From the NCBI GenBank assembly GCA_050115675.1, contig JASFQB010000002.1:132376-196375 (forward strand): DNA of 64,000 nucleotides, in the 5' to 3' direction. The DNA is from Candidatus Woesebacteria bacterium. Its GTDB lineage: Bacteria; Patescibacteriota; Saccharimonadia; Saccharimonadales; EFPC-124. Numbering within the stretch: the first letter of the stretch is position 1; each line of letters begins with the position of its first letter. The translations under genes and the position numbers were made by a program. Shown piece by piece: positions 18,773 to 28,513 of this stretch. A model generated the notes under the pieces. It saw only the letters and a program-made list of their open reading frames with translations. It ran no database searches and had not been told where the DNA came from.

Positions 18773-19222
18773 ATGAACATTGTAATATATAATATTTCTA
18801 TAATATCCATAGGGCTGTTCGCTGGTCTTATGATGACACTTGTTTTTTTATTGCAGCGTCAATGGATGAAGCAGCAAAAAGACGAGTATGCATTATATTT
18901 TAAACAATTTTTGCTCGTCGCTAAGGGCCATCCGCTTGTTGCGCTGTTAAGCTTTGTATCGTTTATCGGGCCTTTGTATTTGGCTGTGCAATTTCCTGAC
19001 ACGATTGCTCTATGGGCTGCTGGCTTAATATTTTTCCTGGGCTGCTTTGTTGTTACTGTTTTCTTGAACTTGCCTATTTATCGCCGCGTCATCGCTTGGA
19101 AAACTACTGACGATTATGCTAGCTGGCAAGAAGTGCGCGCACGTTTCTTTATGCTAAATATTGTACGTTTTGCTAGTGCTCTTACTTCACTAGTGTTATT
19201 ACTGGGCGCGAGCCCCAAGTAG
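18773..19222 (+). CDS. DUF1772 (anthrone-oxygenase-like) membrane protein
   Basis: Four hydrophobic helices; the pattern FLNLPIYRRVIAW...WQEVRARFFMLNIVR is typical of DUF1772. The ATG at 18773 is preferred over the track start 18659, which lies inside the repeat. Confidence 0.55.
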   Translation: MNIVIYNISIISIGLFAGLMMTLVFLLQRQWMKQQKDEYALYFKQFLLVAKGHPLVALLSFVSFIGPLYLAVQFPDTIALWAAGLIFFLGCFVVTVFLNLPIYRRVIAWKTTDDYASWQEVRARFFMLNIVRFASALTSLVLLLGASPK

Positions 19223-19761
19223 AGAATTGCGTTTTTCGTTTAACAGACTCGACGAGGTCGAGTTGACTATCTATGCTTTGGCTATCCTTAACTTTTTGGT
19301 TGAGAAGGTCGCTGATTTTATCGACATCGCAGTTAAGTGCCTAGCACTACAGGCAGTAGGCGGCTGCGGAATCCTTGATGTTAGTTACTGGGTTGGCGCG
19401 TAGGCCGCGACGTAGCGCAGCAGGAGCTGTACAGTGTCCTGTCCAGGCGCTTGAATCAACATGTGGCCGTCCGCGAGATGCACGATGCGTATATCAACTG
19501 CACCATCGCTTGTCATTGATATAATTCCTGCCCACTACGCACCATACGATATATTTAGCCCACACGCACGTAAGGCGATTGGCTTTCGTTGCTATCAGGT
19601 GTCTCGGTAAAACCGAGTGCCTCAACCGTGAGATGGTTGGGTTGTCGAGCGCTAACAATATCGAAGCCTACAACTTGATAATATCGTAAAAGGTATATTT
19701 GCAACACTCTACGCACACTGTAGATGCTGTACTATATCAAATAATATAACGAGAAGCTAGC

Positions 19762-20189
19762 CTATTGACCCTCATACAACTTCAGCGCCACGGTATTTAT
19801 GCAATACCTCTTGCCGCTTAGCGGTGGGCCGTCGTTGAACACGTGGCCTAGGTGGGCGCCGCATCTGGCGCATAGGACTTCTACGCGGTGTATTCCGTGG
19901 CTGTCGTCCTGGTGTAGCTTTACATTTAGGTCTGATACCGGCCGAAAAAAGCTGGGCCAACCGGTGTCAGACTCAAACTTCGACACAAATCCGTGTCACA
20001 GCAAACGCACTGATAAATTCCGTCTTTGCCGAGAGGTACGGTGCATGTTTTGGAAAAGGCCGCTTCTGTGCCTGCCCGCCGGGTAATGTCGAACTGTTCT
20101 GGTGTTAGCTGACTGCGCCATTGCTGGTCGGTTTTGGTTATTGGCTCGACTTGCTTGACCTGGTTGGTTTTGGCGTCATATATCTTCAT
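19762..20189 (-). pseudogene. msrB: Methionine-R-sulfoxide reductase MsrB, split by a frameshift
   Basis: The N-part (...[11 protein letters not shown]) is in ORF 19926..20267. The C-part ([13 protein letters not shown]...[16 protein letters not shown]...RYCIN) is in ORF 19762..19986. The frames switch within about 19970-19990. The start forms an ATGA overlap with the msrA stop. Confidence 0.75.
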
Positions 20190-20689
20190 AGCTCCCTCCC
20201 AGGTATGGGGCATGCGTAGTCGGTATGTTTTAGAAAGTATTTTTGATGATACTCCTCGGCTGGCCAAAATTTGGTTGCGGCGCTGACCTCGGTGGTGACT
20301 GGCGCATGGTATTTGCCAGAGCTATTCAGGTTTTCTATGTAGCGTTGGGCTGCGTGCTTTTGCTGGTCGTCTAGGTAAAAGATCGCCGAACGATAGTTGC
20401 TGCCCACGTCCGGTCCTTGGCGGTCGACCTGCGTTGGGTCGTGGATGTCGAAAAGGACGTCTAGTAGCTGCTGGTATGTGACTTTGGCGGGGTTGTATGT
20501 GACCTGTACTGTCTCGGCATGACCTGTTGTTTGACTGCAAACTTGTTCGTACGTTGGGTTTTGCGTGTGACCACCAGTATAACCTACCTCTGTCTCGACC
20601 ACGCCAGGTGTTTTGTAAAAGGCTTGCTCGACACCCCAAAAACATCCGGCCGCAAATAGCGCCTTGTCGGTATGGAGATTGCTAGGCAT
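20186..20689 (-). CDS. msrA: Peptide methionine-S-sulfoxide reductase MsrA
   Basis: [13 protein letters not shown] catalytic motif, GYTGG, DPTQ.DRQG.D.G..YRS pattern. Confidence 0.9.
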   Translation of the reverse strand: MPSNLHTDKALFAAGCFWGVEQAFYKTPGVVETEVGYTGGHTQNPTYEQVCSQTTGHAETVQVTYNPAKVTYQQLLDVLFDIHDPTQVDRQGPDVGSNYRSAIFYLDDQQKHAAQRYIENLNSSGKYHAPVTTEVSAATKFWPAEEYHQKYFLKHTDYACPIPGREL

Positions 20690-20991
20690 GGGTTGCGCTC
20701 GCAGCTACTTTGTTGCCTAGCCGTAATAATCGAAACGATAATCGAGAATGTCTTACTAGTTTAGTGATGTATTTATGCATAGAATATTCCCTTAGCTATT
20801 TAATCAAATATACAAGATGTATGGTAGCGGCGGTTTTTACAAGTGCAAGCTTGCTGAGGGTAGGCGCGACAGTTGTGTGGCTTTAGGTCGCGCAATGCGG
20901 ACATCGCTTTGACTGGCGGTGTACTTGATGTTTGGTATGTATTTTTGATGCGATAAAATGTACATTAGGCATTAAATTTATTATTAAGCTA

Positions 20992-22003
20992 ATGGTTAAC
21001 ATAATAAAAGGCTTAGGGCTAAGTCGTTTATTGCCATCAAAGACGATGTGGCAAAGGATTGCTTTAATTGCGGCGTTGTTTTTGACGGTATTTGTTTTAG
21101 TATGGGTTGTTCTTGCGGTGCCGTTTTTGTCTAGGTGCCATCCAGAGCTTAGCGCAACTTTGGATACTTCTGAAAGTTTTTACAATTCCGAGACGGGCGC
21201 TGTGGGCCAAGTTGTAAATAACCTAACGCTTTTAAACTATGACGTTACTAGCACGGGCGATGCGTACGGTGTAAGTGCTAAGTTTGTTGTGCTTGATTCT
21301 GAGGGGCGGAGCTGTGGAAGTCTGTTCATGACTATAGTATTGATGCGCGAACTAAAGAGGTCCAGGGCGCGGGCGGATATCTATCTAGCCCGCCCATGAC
21401 TGACGGTGTTTCAGATTATAATTTTTGGGATCCAAAGTATGGCACAGAGCTGCATATGAAGTTTATATCTTCAGAGACACTCCAGGGGCTTGAGGTTGAT
21501 CGCTGGCAGACTATGATCAAAACGTTACCCAGCAATTTAAAGACTCTCAGGGCTACTCAGGAGATCATGACATTGTCTCAAAAGGCACCGTCACCGCCTG
21601 GGTGGAGCCCGTAACGGGCAACTTGATTGATCTTAATAGAACAGAGAATTTATATTATTATGACCAGCAAACTTTTGAGGATGTTTCTTTATGGAAAAAG
21701 GTTGTAAGTAAGTTTAGCTATTCTTCTGTTGTTGATTTGGCGGCGCAAACGCGATCACAAATATCGTTTGTGAATATTGTTAGCGCCTGGGTGGTAGTAA
21801 TCGTTATGTTAACTTTGGCAATAATTATTGCCTACATCGTTGGCTCGTATTTTGATAGCCATAAAAAAATGGTGTTGATGGTATTTCGGCAGGGATGTAT
21901 TCGACAGTACTTACCCTTAGTCTTTTTATGCTTATTGGCAGTGTGGCAATTGATCCTAATGGCATCGCAAAGATTAGTGGGCTTTTTGAGATTCATCCTA
22001 TAA
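20992..22003 (+). pseudogene. DUF3068 (PorA-family) membrane protein gene broken by two frameshifts
   Basis: Three consecutive ORFs in three frames (20932.., 21396.., 21602..). The pieces are collinear with DUF3068: N-terminal TM, YNFWDPKYG, then KGTVTAWVEPVTGNLIDL readable across 21577-21630, and a C-terminal TM. Confidence 0.6.
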
Positions 22004-24612
22004 GTGCAGACGTTTTGCTTGTCTTGGCGATAATTGCAATAATAGCGTCCTTTGCTGGCAAAATAAGCAAAATTATAAAGGCGGCAATGCTATTAGCGTT
22101 ATTGGCGCTGATTGTGCTGGGTGTCTATCGTTTATTCTTTGACGGCACAGTTGAGATTACGCAGCTTGGCATATCTTGTTTAATGCTTATTAGCCTTGCG
22201 CTTTGTCTTGCGATTATAGATTCTGCAAATAAGATCTTAATATTTGTGTTTAAGGCGTCTCTTATGATTGTCGGGGCGTTGATGTTTTTATCTGCAATAC
22301 TTTCGCCGTTTAAGCTAGAACTAGAGAATTATATATTTTGGTTGGTGGACGTGCCGCTGTCTAGCGCGGCGTTGATATTGGTTTTGGCTGTGGCGGTATT
22401 TAGGTCTAGCTACAAAAAAGCACATAGCTCGAAAAATATATTTACGGGTGCTGCAAGGGCGGCGTTAGTAGTAGGCTGTGTCTCTGTTTTGCTTACGGGA
22501 TATATTTGGCGTTCGCTTGAGGATACCGCCGCTGTTAATGTCCAGCAGGGATTTGAAGAAGAAACTAACGACATAGTTGAGCTTGTCGATGATGGTCTAA
22601 GCTCTCAAGCACTTGCTCTTGAGGCTGGGGCTGGGTTGTTTATGGCGTCGCCTAATGTTAGTCGCGCAGAGTGGAATAACTTTTTCAGTAGCCTAAGACC
22701 TTTAGAGAATTTTCCTGGCGCGGTTGGTATTGGTTTTGCTCGATTAATTGATACTCCGGAAAAGAAAAAACAATTTGAGCAAGTTTTGCAAAATTCAGGT
22801 TTTGGGCATACCGAGATTTACCCTCAGGAGCCAGCTCGAGATTATTATGTTGTTGTAGACTACGTTGCTCCTCATGAGGAGAACGCCAGCGCAATTGGCT
22901 ATGACATGTATTCTAGCACCGTACGCAAAAAGGCTTTAGATACCGCGCGTGATAGCGGCGAAGTAACGATGAGTGATAGCACGGTTCTGATTGTTGATGA
23001 AAGCGATAATCCGCAGTACAGCTTCCAGATATATGCCCCAGTCTACAGGGCGGGTACGGAGTTTGACACGCTTGCGCATCGTCGAGAAGGCCTGATTGGC
23101 TTTACGCTTAGCCCAATTCGTGTAACCGAATTTATGCAAATTGTTGTTGGCGATCGCTATGATGATATTGGAATCAATATTTATGACACTTCGAGTGCTG
23201 ATGATGCTAGCGAAGAAAATCTGGTTTATAGCTCGGCAAAAGGCGCAGATCTTGCTGCTTCTAAATATTCACGCACAGTAGTTTATGCCTTTGCTAACCA
23301 TAATTTGGTAATTGAGTTTGGCTCTTTGCCGGGCTATGCTTCGACCGGCACTGCCGCAAGCTATTCGGTTTATGTTTTAATCAGCGGAATTATGCTAAGC
23401 CTGTTTTTGGGAACAGCTACTTATGGACTTTATCGTTCGCGACGTCGTGTATCGGACTTGGCCAAAAATATTACAGAAGATTTGCGATTGGAACGCAACC
23501 AGGCTGTAAGAATTAAGAAGGAAGACGAAGCTATCTTGTCTAGTATGGGGCAAGGCATGATGTTTTTTGACAGAAAGGCTATCATTCGCCATTCAAATGT
23601 TATGCTCTCGCAGATTACGGGTTATCCGCAGTCTGAGTATCTAGACCATAAGCTATCTAGTATTTTTAAGATGGTTGGTAGCTCAGGAAAGATCATCGCT
23701 GCGGATGACGAGATAGTTTACGCAATGATGAAAAACTCTCAAATGCATTCTGAATTTGAGCGTCTGGTTTTGCGCAAGGATGGCAGTACTGTTCCTGTAA
23801 AGGTTAATCTCTCTTTGGTTTTGATTGGCTCGGAGCCTATTGGTGTTGTTGCGATCATAACTGACATGACGAAGCAGCATCAACTGGACCAAGCTAAAGA
23901 TATGTTCTTAATGCTGGCGACTCATCAAATCAAAACTCCTGCCACAGCTATTAAATGGTACGCAGAAATGTTGCTTGGGCGTGACGGCAGCTGGCGTAGC
24001 TTGCCTGCAGACAAAAGAAAAGTTGCTTTGCTTATAGACAATAGCGTAAAACATATGCTTTATGTTATGAATAATCTCTTGGACGTTTCGCGACTTGAAA
24101 CTGGACGCCTTAGGCTAGACCTTAAACGTACCAGTCTGGATAAAATCGTTAGGCAGGTTGTTGGCGATTTCAAGTTTCAAACAAAAGCCAAAGGGCAACG
24201 CATAAAGTACACTTGTTCTGATGGTTTGGCACTGGTTGCTACAGACAAACAGCTTATGACGCAGGTATTCGCAAATCTAATAAGCAATGCCGTAAAATAT
24301 TCACCTAATGGCGGAGCTATCGAGGTGTGCATTGAGCAGGATTCAAAAAACGTATCTATCTCAATAAGCGACAGTGGCATGGGAATTCCAAAAGATCAGC
24401 ACGCCGAAGTTTTTAAAAAGTTCTTCCGTGCGCAGAATGCAGTCAAAGAAGAATCAAGCGGTAACGGCTTGGGCTTGTATTTGGCTAAGGCGGTCGTTGA
24501 AGCTAGTGGCGGAAAAATCACCTTTAAGAGCACTAAAGGCAAGGGGTCGACATTTACCGTAACTCTGCCTCGTCATACAGAAGAAAAAGAGATTAGAGTA
24601 AAACTTAATTAG
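21895..24612 (+). CDS. Membrane sensor histidine kinase with CHASE and PAS domains
   Basis: About 8 N-terminal TM helices. CHASE-like segment (AVGIGFARLI...YYVVVDYVAPHEENASAIGYDMYS...FQIYAPVY). PAS region. H-box LATHQIKTPATAI, N-box NLISNAVKYSP, G1 DSGMGIP, G2 GNGLGLYLAK. The start is uncertain because the ORF overlaps the DUF3068 3' end. Confidence 0.8.
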   Translation: MYSTVLTLSLFMLIGSVAIDPNGIAKISGLFEIHPISADVLLVLAIIAIIASFAGKISKIIKAAMLLALLALIVLGVYRLFFDGTVEITQLGISCLMLISLALCLAIIDSANKILIFVFKASLMIVGALMFLSAILSPFKLELENYIFWLVDVPLSSAALILVLAVAVFRSSYKKAHSSKNIFTGAARAALVVGCVSVLLTGYIWRSLEDTAAVNVQQGFEEETNDIVELVDDGLSSQALALEAGAGLFMASPNVSRAEWNNFFSSLRPLENFPGAVGIGFARLIDTPEKKKQFEQVLQNSGFGHTEIYPQEPARDYYVVVDYVAPHEENASAIGYDMYSSTVRKKALDTARDSGEVTMSDSTVLIVDESDNPQYSFQIYAPVYRAGTEFDTLAHRREGLIGFTLSPIRVTEFMQIVVGDRYDDIGINIYDTSSADDASEENLVYSSAKGADLAASKYSRTVVYAFANHNLVIEFGSLPGYASTGTAASYSVYVLISGIMLSLFLGTATYGLYRSRRRVSDLAKNITEDLRLERNQAVRIKKEDEAILSSMGQGMMFFDRKAIIRHSNVMLSQITGYPQSEYLDHKLSSIFKMVGSSGKIIAADDEIVYAMMKNSQMHSEFERLVLRKDGSTVPVKVNLSLVLIGSEPIGVVAIITDMTKQHQLDQAKDMFLMLATHQIKTPATAIKWYAEMLLGRDGSWRSLPADKRKVALLIDNSVKHMLYVMNNLLDVSRLETGRLRLDLKRTSLDKIVRQVVGDFKFQTKAKGQRIKYTCSDGLALVATDKQLMTQVFANLISNAVKYSPNGGAIEVCIEQDSKNVSISISDSGMGIPKDQHAEVFKKFFRAQNAVKEESSGNGLGLYLAKAVVEASGGKITFKSTKGKGSTFTVTLPRHTEEKEIRVKLN

Positions 24613-24669
24613 TTATTTACGAGGTCTATAAATCTTAAGCTATATTTTTTATCTGATATAATAAGCTTT

Positions 24670-25482
24670 GTGATTAATTTAAAACAAAAAATATATACTA
24701 CACCGACGGCAGTAATTCGTTTTTGGACAAACGACTTAGGTAAAAAGCCAACTGTATTTTTTATGCATGGGGCGGCGATGGATCACCGTATGTTCGATGA
24801 TCAAATTAACGCAATGGCCGGCGATTACAATATTATTACTTGGGATGCGCGAGGCCATGGCGAATCGCGGCCCGTTAACGGCGCTTTTACCATTAACGAT
24901 TTAGCCAAGGACGCCTGCGGAATACTTAATAGCCTTGCAATCCCCTCTGCAATATTTGTTGGCCAGTCAGAAGGCGGCATGATTGCGCAGGAAGTGTATA
25001 AAATCGATCCGGCAAAGGTGCTGGCGATTGCGACAATTGGCGCCTCGCCTATTATGTTACCGTATAGCAAAATGGATATAAGGTTGCTGCGGCTTTCGAC
25101 GACTATGATTAAAGTGTGTCCGTACCACAGTTTTATGAAAGCTCTTGCCAAGAAGACGGCTATTAAGGCGCCAACGCAAACGTATGCGCTGGAGACTGTT
25201 CAAAAAATTTCAAAGAGGGATTTTCTTAGTATCTGGAGCGGTGTTACTGGTTCGATATCTGTAAATGGTATCAAGGATATGCATATCAAGGTGCCGCTTT
25301 TAATAACATACGGCCAGTATGATATGACTGGGACGGTCAAAAAGAATAACGTCCGTTGGAAGACATACGAACCTTTGGCAACGCTGGTAGAAATACCAGA
25401 TGCAGGTCATAACGCCAACCAGGATAATCCAACATATCTCAACAAATTGCTACTTGAGTTTTTGCAAACTGTCACCAAATAG
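24670..25482 (+). CDS. Alpha/beta-fold hydrolase
   Basis: FFMHGAAMD (oxyanion HG), GQSEGG nucleophile elbow, C-terminal DAGHNAN histidine. GTG start. Confidence 0.7.
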   Translation: MINLKQKIYTTPTAVIRFWTNDLGKKPTVFFMHGAAMDHRMFDDQINAMAGDYNIITWDARGHGESRPVNGAFTINDLAKDACGILNSLAIPSAIFVGQSEGGMIAQEVYKIDPAKVLAIATIGASPIMLPYSKMDIRLLRLSTTMIKVCPYHSFMKALAKKTAIKAPTQTYALETVQKISKRDFLSIWSGVTGSISVNGIKDMHIKVPLLITYGQYDMTGTVKKNNVRWKTYEPLATLVEIPDAGHNANQDNPTYLNKLLLEFLQTVTK

Positions 25483-25732
25483 TCGCAGATCGACTGCCAG
25501 CAACGACCTTGCGGGCTTATATATAAATTGATGTTTGTTTATAATATTCAATTGGGTCTACTAAGTAACTACATGCCCCTGCTGTGGCAAAAGCTAGCGC
25601 TCGCTGGTAATAGGTGGTGATTAGCAAGACTAAAAAAATGGCACTGTGTCGATTGCAATGTTTTGCGATTTTGATTCCTTTAAACAGTCGCCTCAGTGCA
25701 GTGCCAGCTGATATGCTCTCCGGTCGCGAGTT

Positions 25733-26344
25733 TTATTCGTTAATATGAAAAAACTCAGGATGTGAATCGAGTAGGTCGCGCACCTCATTATAATATTTGC
25801 CAACTTCTGTATGACTCTGAGCTTTTTGGCGATGCGCTTCGAGGCTTTTATCGTATTGAGAGATAGATACTTTGCGGTCTCGAAACATTTTGCCTTCGTC
25901 GATATAATCGTATGTTACGGCAATGTATTTATCGAGCGCGTACACAAACTTTGCTTCGTTGCTGTCTTTATGCTCGTATTCTTCGATCGTGCGAATAATC
26001 CACGGAAAATGCGCAAACTCTTTGGTGATTTGTTTTAGCGCTAACTCTTCGCGCGCAGCCTTAGAAGCAAGATCCTCGGCGCTGGCAAAAACTGAGGTGT
26101 CGTTTGCATACACCTCAACAAGATCATGCGCGGTCGCGTATTGAGCGATTTTTCCGACATCTAGCTTTGGGTCGATTTGTGGGGCGAGCGCACACGCTAA
26201 AAAAGCGACCGACCAAGAGTGTTCGGCGTCGTTTTCTGGACGTCGTTCTCCAATTGGCAGTGGTCTGTCGCGTTTTACGTGATAAAACGGTAAAATTATT
26301 TTTCGTATTAAGCGTTCAATATCTGCGTGAGTTGGTTTGTTCAT
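25733..26344 (-). CDS. HD-domain phosphohydrolase (YfbR-like 5'-nucleotidase type)
   Basis: RPENDAEHSWSVAFLA and TAHDLVEVYANDT give the H...HD...D metal-binding pattern. Confidence 0.65.
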   Translation of the reverse strand: MNKPTHADIERLIRKIILPFYHVKRDRPLPIGERRPENDAEHSWSVAFLACALAPQIDPKLDVGKIAQYATAHDLVEVYANDTSVFASAEDLASKAAREELALKQITKEFAHFPWIIRTIEEYEHKDSNEAKFVYALDKYIAVTYDYIDEGKMFRDRKVSISQYDKSLEAHRQKAQSHTEVGKYYNEVRDLLDSHPEFFHINE

Positions 26345-26491
26345 GAATAGTATTATATACTCTTCGTTGTTTTTGACTTAGCGTTGATGAATTATGTCGG
26401 CCACAATAACGCAAACTGGATGCACATTATTGCCCAAAAAGTCTAGTACTATATGCATGGCTTCAATAAGAAGTTGATTGTTTGTGGCCTG

Positions 26492-27079
26492 CTACCAAAT
26501 AAACAAAAGCTGCAAAAGAGCAAATGTTAATAATGCAATCCCTGTTAAAGAGCCTGTTAAAAACGAGGCTGAGAGTTTTGTCTTTTTATAAAAGAATACA
26601 GAAAAGCCGGCTATTGTCATGACCATAGCGCCAAGTACGCTTAAGTAAATATCAAAAAATATCCAGCTAAGTGGAATAAAATGCAGCCCAACGACAAAGG
26701 CTATCCAGCTGGCGATAAATTGCTTAAAACGCTTTGCAAGCACAAAAGCGCCAATTCCGCCAAGCGCGAGTTCTGCCGCCACAACAACTCCTAGCTGAAT
26801 GTACGCATCTCGCGAACTTAGCGCGGTTGCGTCGTGCCAGTGAGTTGCTGCTAAATATATGCCAATAAATGCAGTTAAAAAAGATAACACCGATCCTGCA
26901 ATAAGCCAGCCGCGCATTTTTTTGGGCGGGTTTTCTTGCGCCCAGCCAAACCAAACGGTGGCAAATGTGCCAAAAATGGCGACGTACATTATGTGGTCGC
27001 GAATAAAATCTATGTTCATATCAATAAATATATATTGAGGTGGGTAAAAGTGTAAAGATTTGACTCTATATATAAACAT
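26492..27079 (-). CDS. Integral membrane protein, unknown function
   Basis: Five to six hydrophobic helices. Start uncertain (internal ATG at 27019). Divergent from gadB. Confidence 0.5.
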   Translation of the reverse strand: MFIYRVKSLHFYPPQYIFIDMNIDFIRDHIMYVAIFGTFATVWFGWAQENPPKKMRGWLIAGSVLSFLTAFIGIYLAATHWHDATALSSRDAYIQLGVVVAAELALGGIGAFVLAKRFKQFIASWIAFVVGLHFIPLSWIFFDIYLSVLGAMVMTIAGFSVFFYKKTKLSASFLTGSLTGIALLTFALLQLLFIW

Positions 27080-27118
27080 AAGTAGTATAAGACTTAAGTA
27101 CTAAACAGGCTTTATTTA

Positions 27119-28504
27119 ATGACACCATTGCATGCACACCCAAAAGAAGATGAATCAATAATTCCTCCGTATGCTACTAATGCGGGTCACGTTGTAATAC
27201 CCAGAAACAACATCCCAGACACTGGCCTGGAACCCGAGACCGCTTACCGCGTCTTAAAGGACGAGCTCGCTCTGGATGGCAATGCCCACATGAACCTGGC
27301 CACGTTTGTCACCACCTGGATGGAACCCGAAGCCACCAAGCTGATGGCCGAAACGTTCGACAAAAACATGATCGACAAAGACGAATATCCGCAAACCGCG
27401 GCCATTGAGCAGCGTTGCATTAATATTTTGGCCGATCTGTGGAACATTCCAAAAGAAAATAACGTTATGGGCACCTCCACAATTGGTTCGTCCGAAGCTT
27501 GCATGCTGGCCGGCATGGCGCTTAAGTGGCGTTGGCGCCAAAAACGCGGTATTAAACCAGACCAAGCCCAAAGGCCAAACCTGGTCATGGGGATTAATAC
27601 GCAGATTTGCTGGGATAAGTTCTGTCGATACTGGGATATAGAAGCTCGGCAAGTTCCCATGGAACCGGGCAGCTATCACTTGCAGCCCGACAAAGCCATC
27701 GAGCTATGCGACGAAAACACCATTGGCGTAGTGGCAATTATGGGCAGCACCTTTGACGGCAGTTACGAGCCGGTCAAAAAGATCTCCGAAGCTCTAGATA
27801 AATTGCAACAAGAAAAAGGCTGGGATGTTTCCATTCACGTTGATGCCGCCAGCGGCGGTTTTGTGGCGCCGTTTATTCAGCCGGATCTGGAATGGGATTT
27901 CCGCGTGCCGCGCGTGGCGTCAATTAACACATCGGGCCACAAATATGGCTTGGTCTACCCAGGTTTGGGCTGGGTGGTTTGGCGCGAGTTTAACGATCTG
28001 CCCAAAGACCTGATTTTTTACGTTAACTATCTTGGTAGCCAAATGCCAACCTTTGCCATTAACTTTTCGAGGCCGGGCAACACCATTCTGGCGCAGTATT
28101 ACAACTTTTTGCGATACGGCCGCGAGGGCTACCGCGAAATCCAGCAGCAATGTCAAGACAACGCCGTTTACTTGTCGGGCGAGCTAGAAAAAACCGGTAA
28201 GTTTGATTTGCTATCTAAGGGCGACGAGCTGCCCGTATTTGCCTTTAAGCTCAAAGATAACATCACTAAATACTCCGTGTTTGATTTGTCCGAAAAGCTA
28301 CGCACCCGTGGCTGGCAAGTGCCCGCCTATACTTTGCCCGCCAATCTGGAGAAAACAGCAGTTTTGCGTGTTGTGGTCAAGCAAAACTTTAGCCGCGATA
28401 TGACCAACTTGCTGTTGGCCGACATTAAAAAGTTTGTCGAAGAACTAGAAAACACAAGTAGTAAACCTAAGCCGCCAGAGCAAATGTTTAATCATGCTCG
28501 GTAA
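27119..28504 (+). CDS. gadB: Glutamate decarboxylase (PLP-dependent)
   Basis: NLATFVTTWMEPEA, DKDEYPQTAAIEQRC, and INTSGHKYGLVYPGLGWVVWR (PLP lysine) are collinear with bacterial GadA/B. Confidence 0.9.
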   Translation: MTPLHAHPKEDESIIPPYATNAGHVVIPRNNIPDTGLEPETAYRVLKDELALDGNAHMNLATFVTTWMEPEATKLMAETFDKNMIDKDEYPQTAAIEQRCINILADLWNIPKENNVMGTSTIGSSEACMLAGMALKWRWRQKRGIKPDQAQRPNLVMGINTQICWDKFCRYWDIEARQVPMEPGSYHLQPDKAIELCDENTIGVVAIMGSTFDGSYEPVKKISEALDKLQQEKGWDVSIHVDAASGGFVAPFIQPDLEWDFRVPRVASINTSGHKYGLVYPGLGWVVWREFNDLPKDLIFYVNYLGSQMPTFAINFSRPGNTILAQYYNFLRYGREGYREIQQQCQDNAVYLSGELEKTGKFDLLSKGDELPVFAFKLKDNITKYSVFDLSEKLRTRGWQVPAYTLPANLEKTAVLRVVVKQNFSRDMTNLLLADIKKFVEELENTSSKPKPPEQMFNHAR

Positions 28505-28513
28505 ATAAACGTT

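Noticed and set aside
20322-20645. 107-aa alternative-frame ORF inside msrA (and similar ORFs inside gadB, the peptidase and the PBP)
   Set aside because: They are embedded in genes with strong motif support in another frame. Their Arg/Pro-rich translations are typical of off-frame GC-rich sequence.
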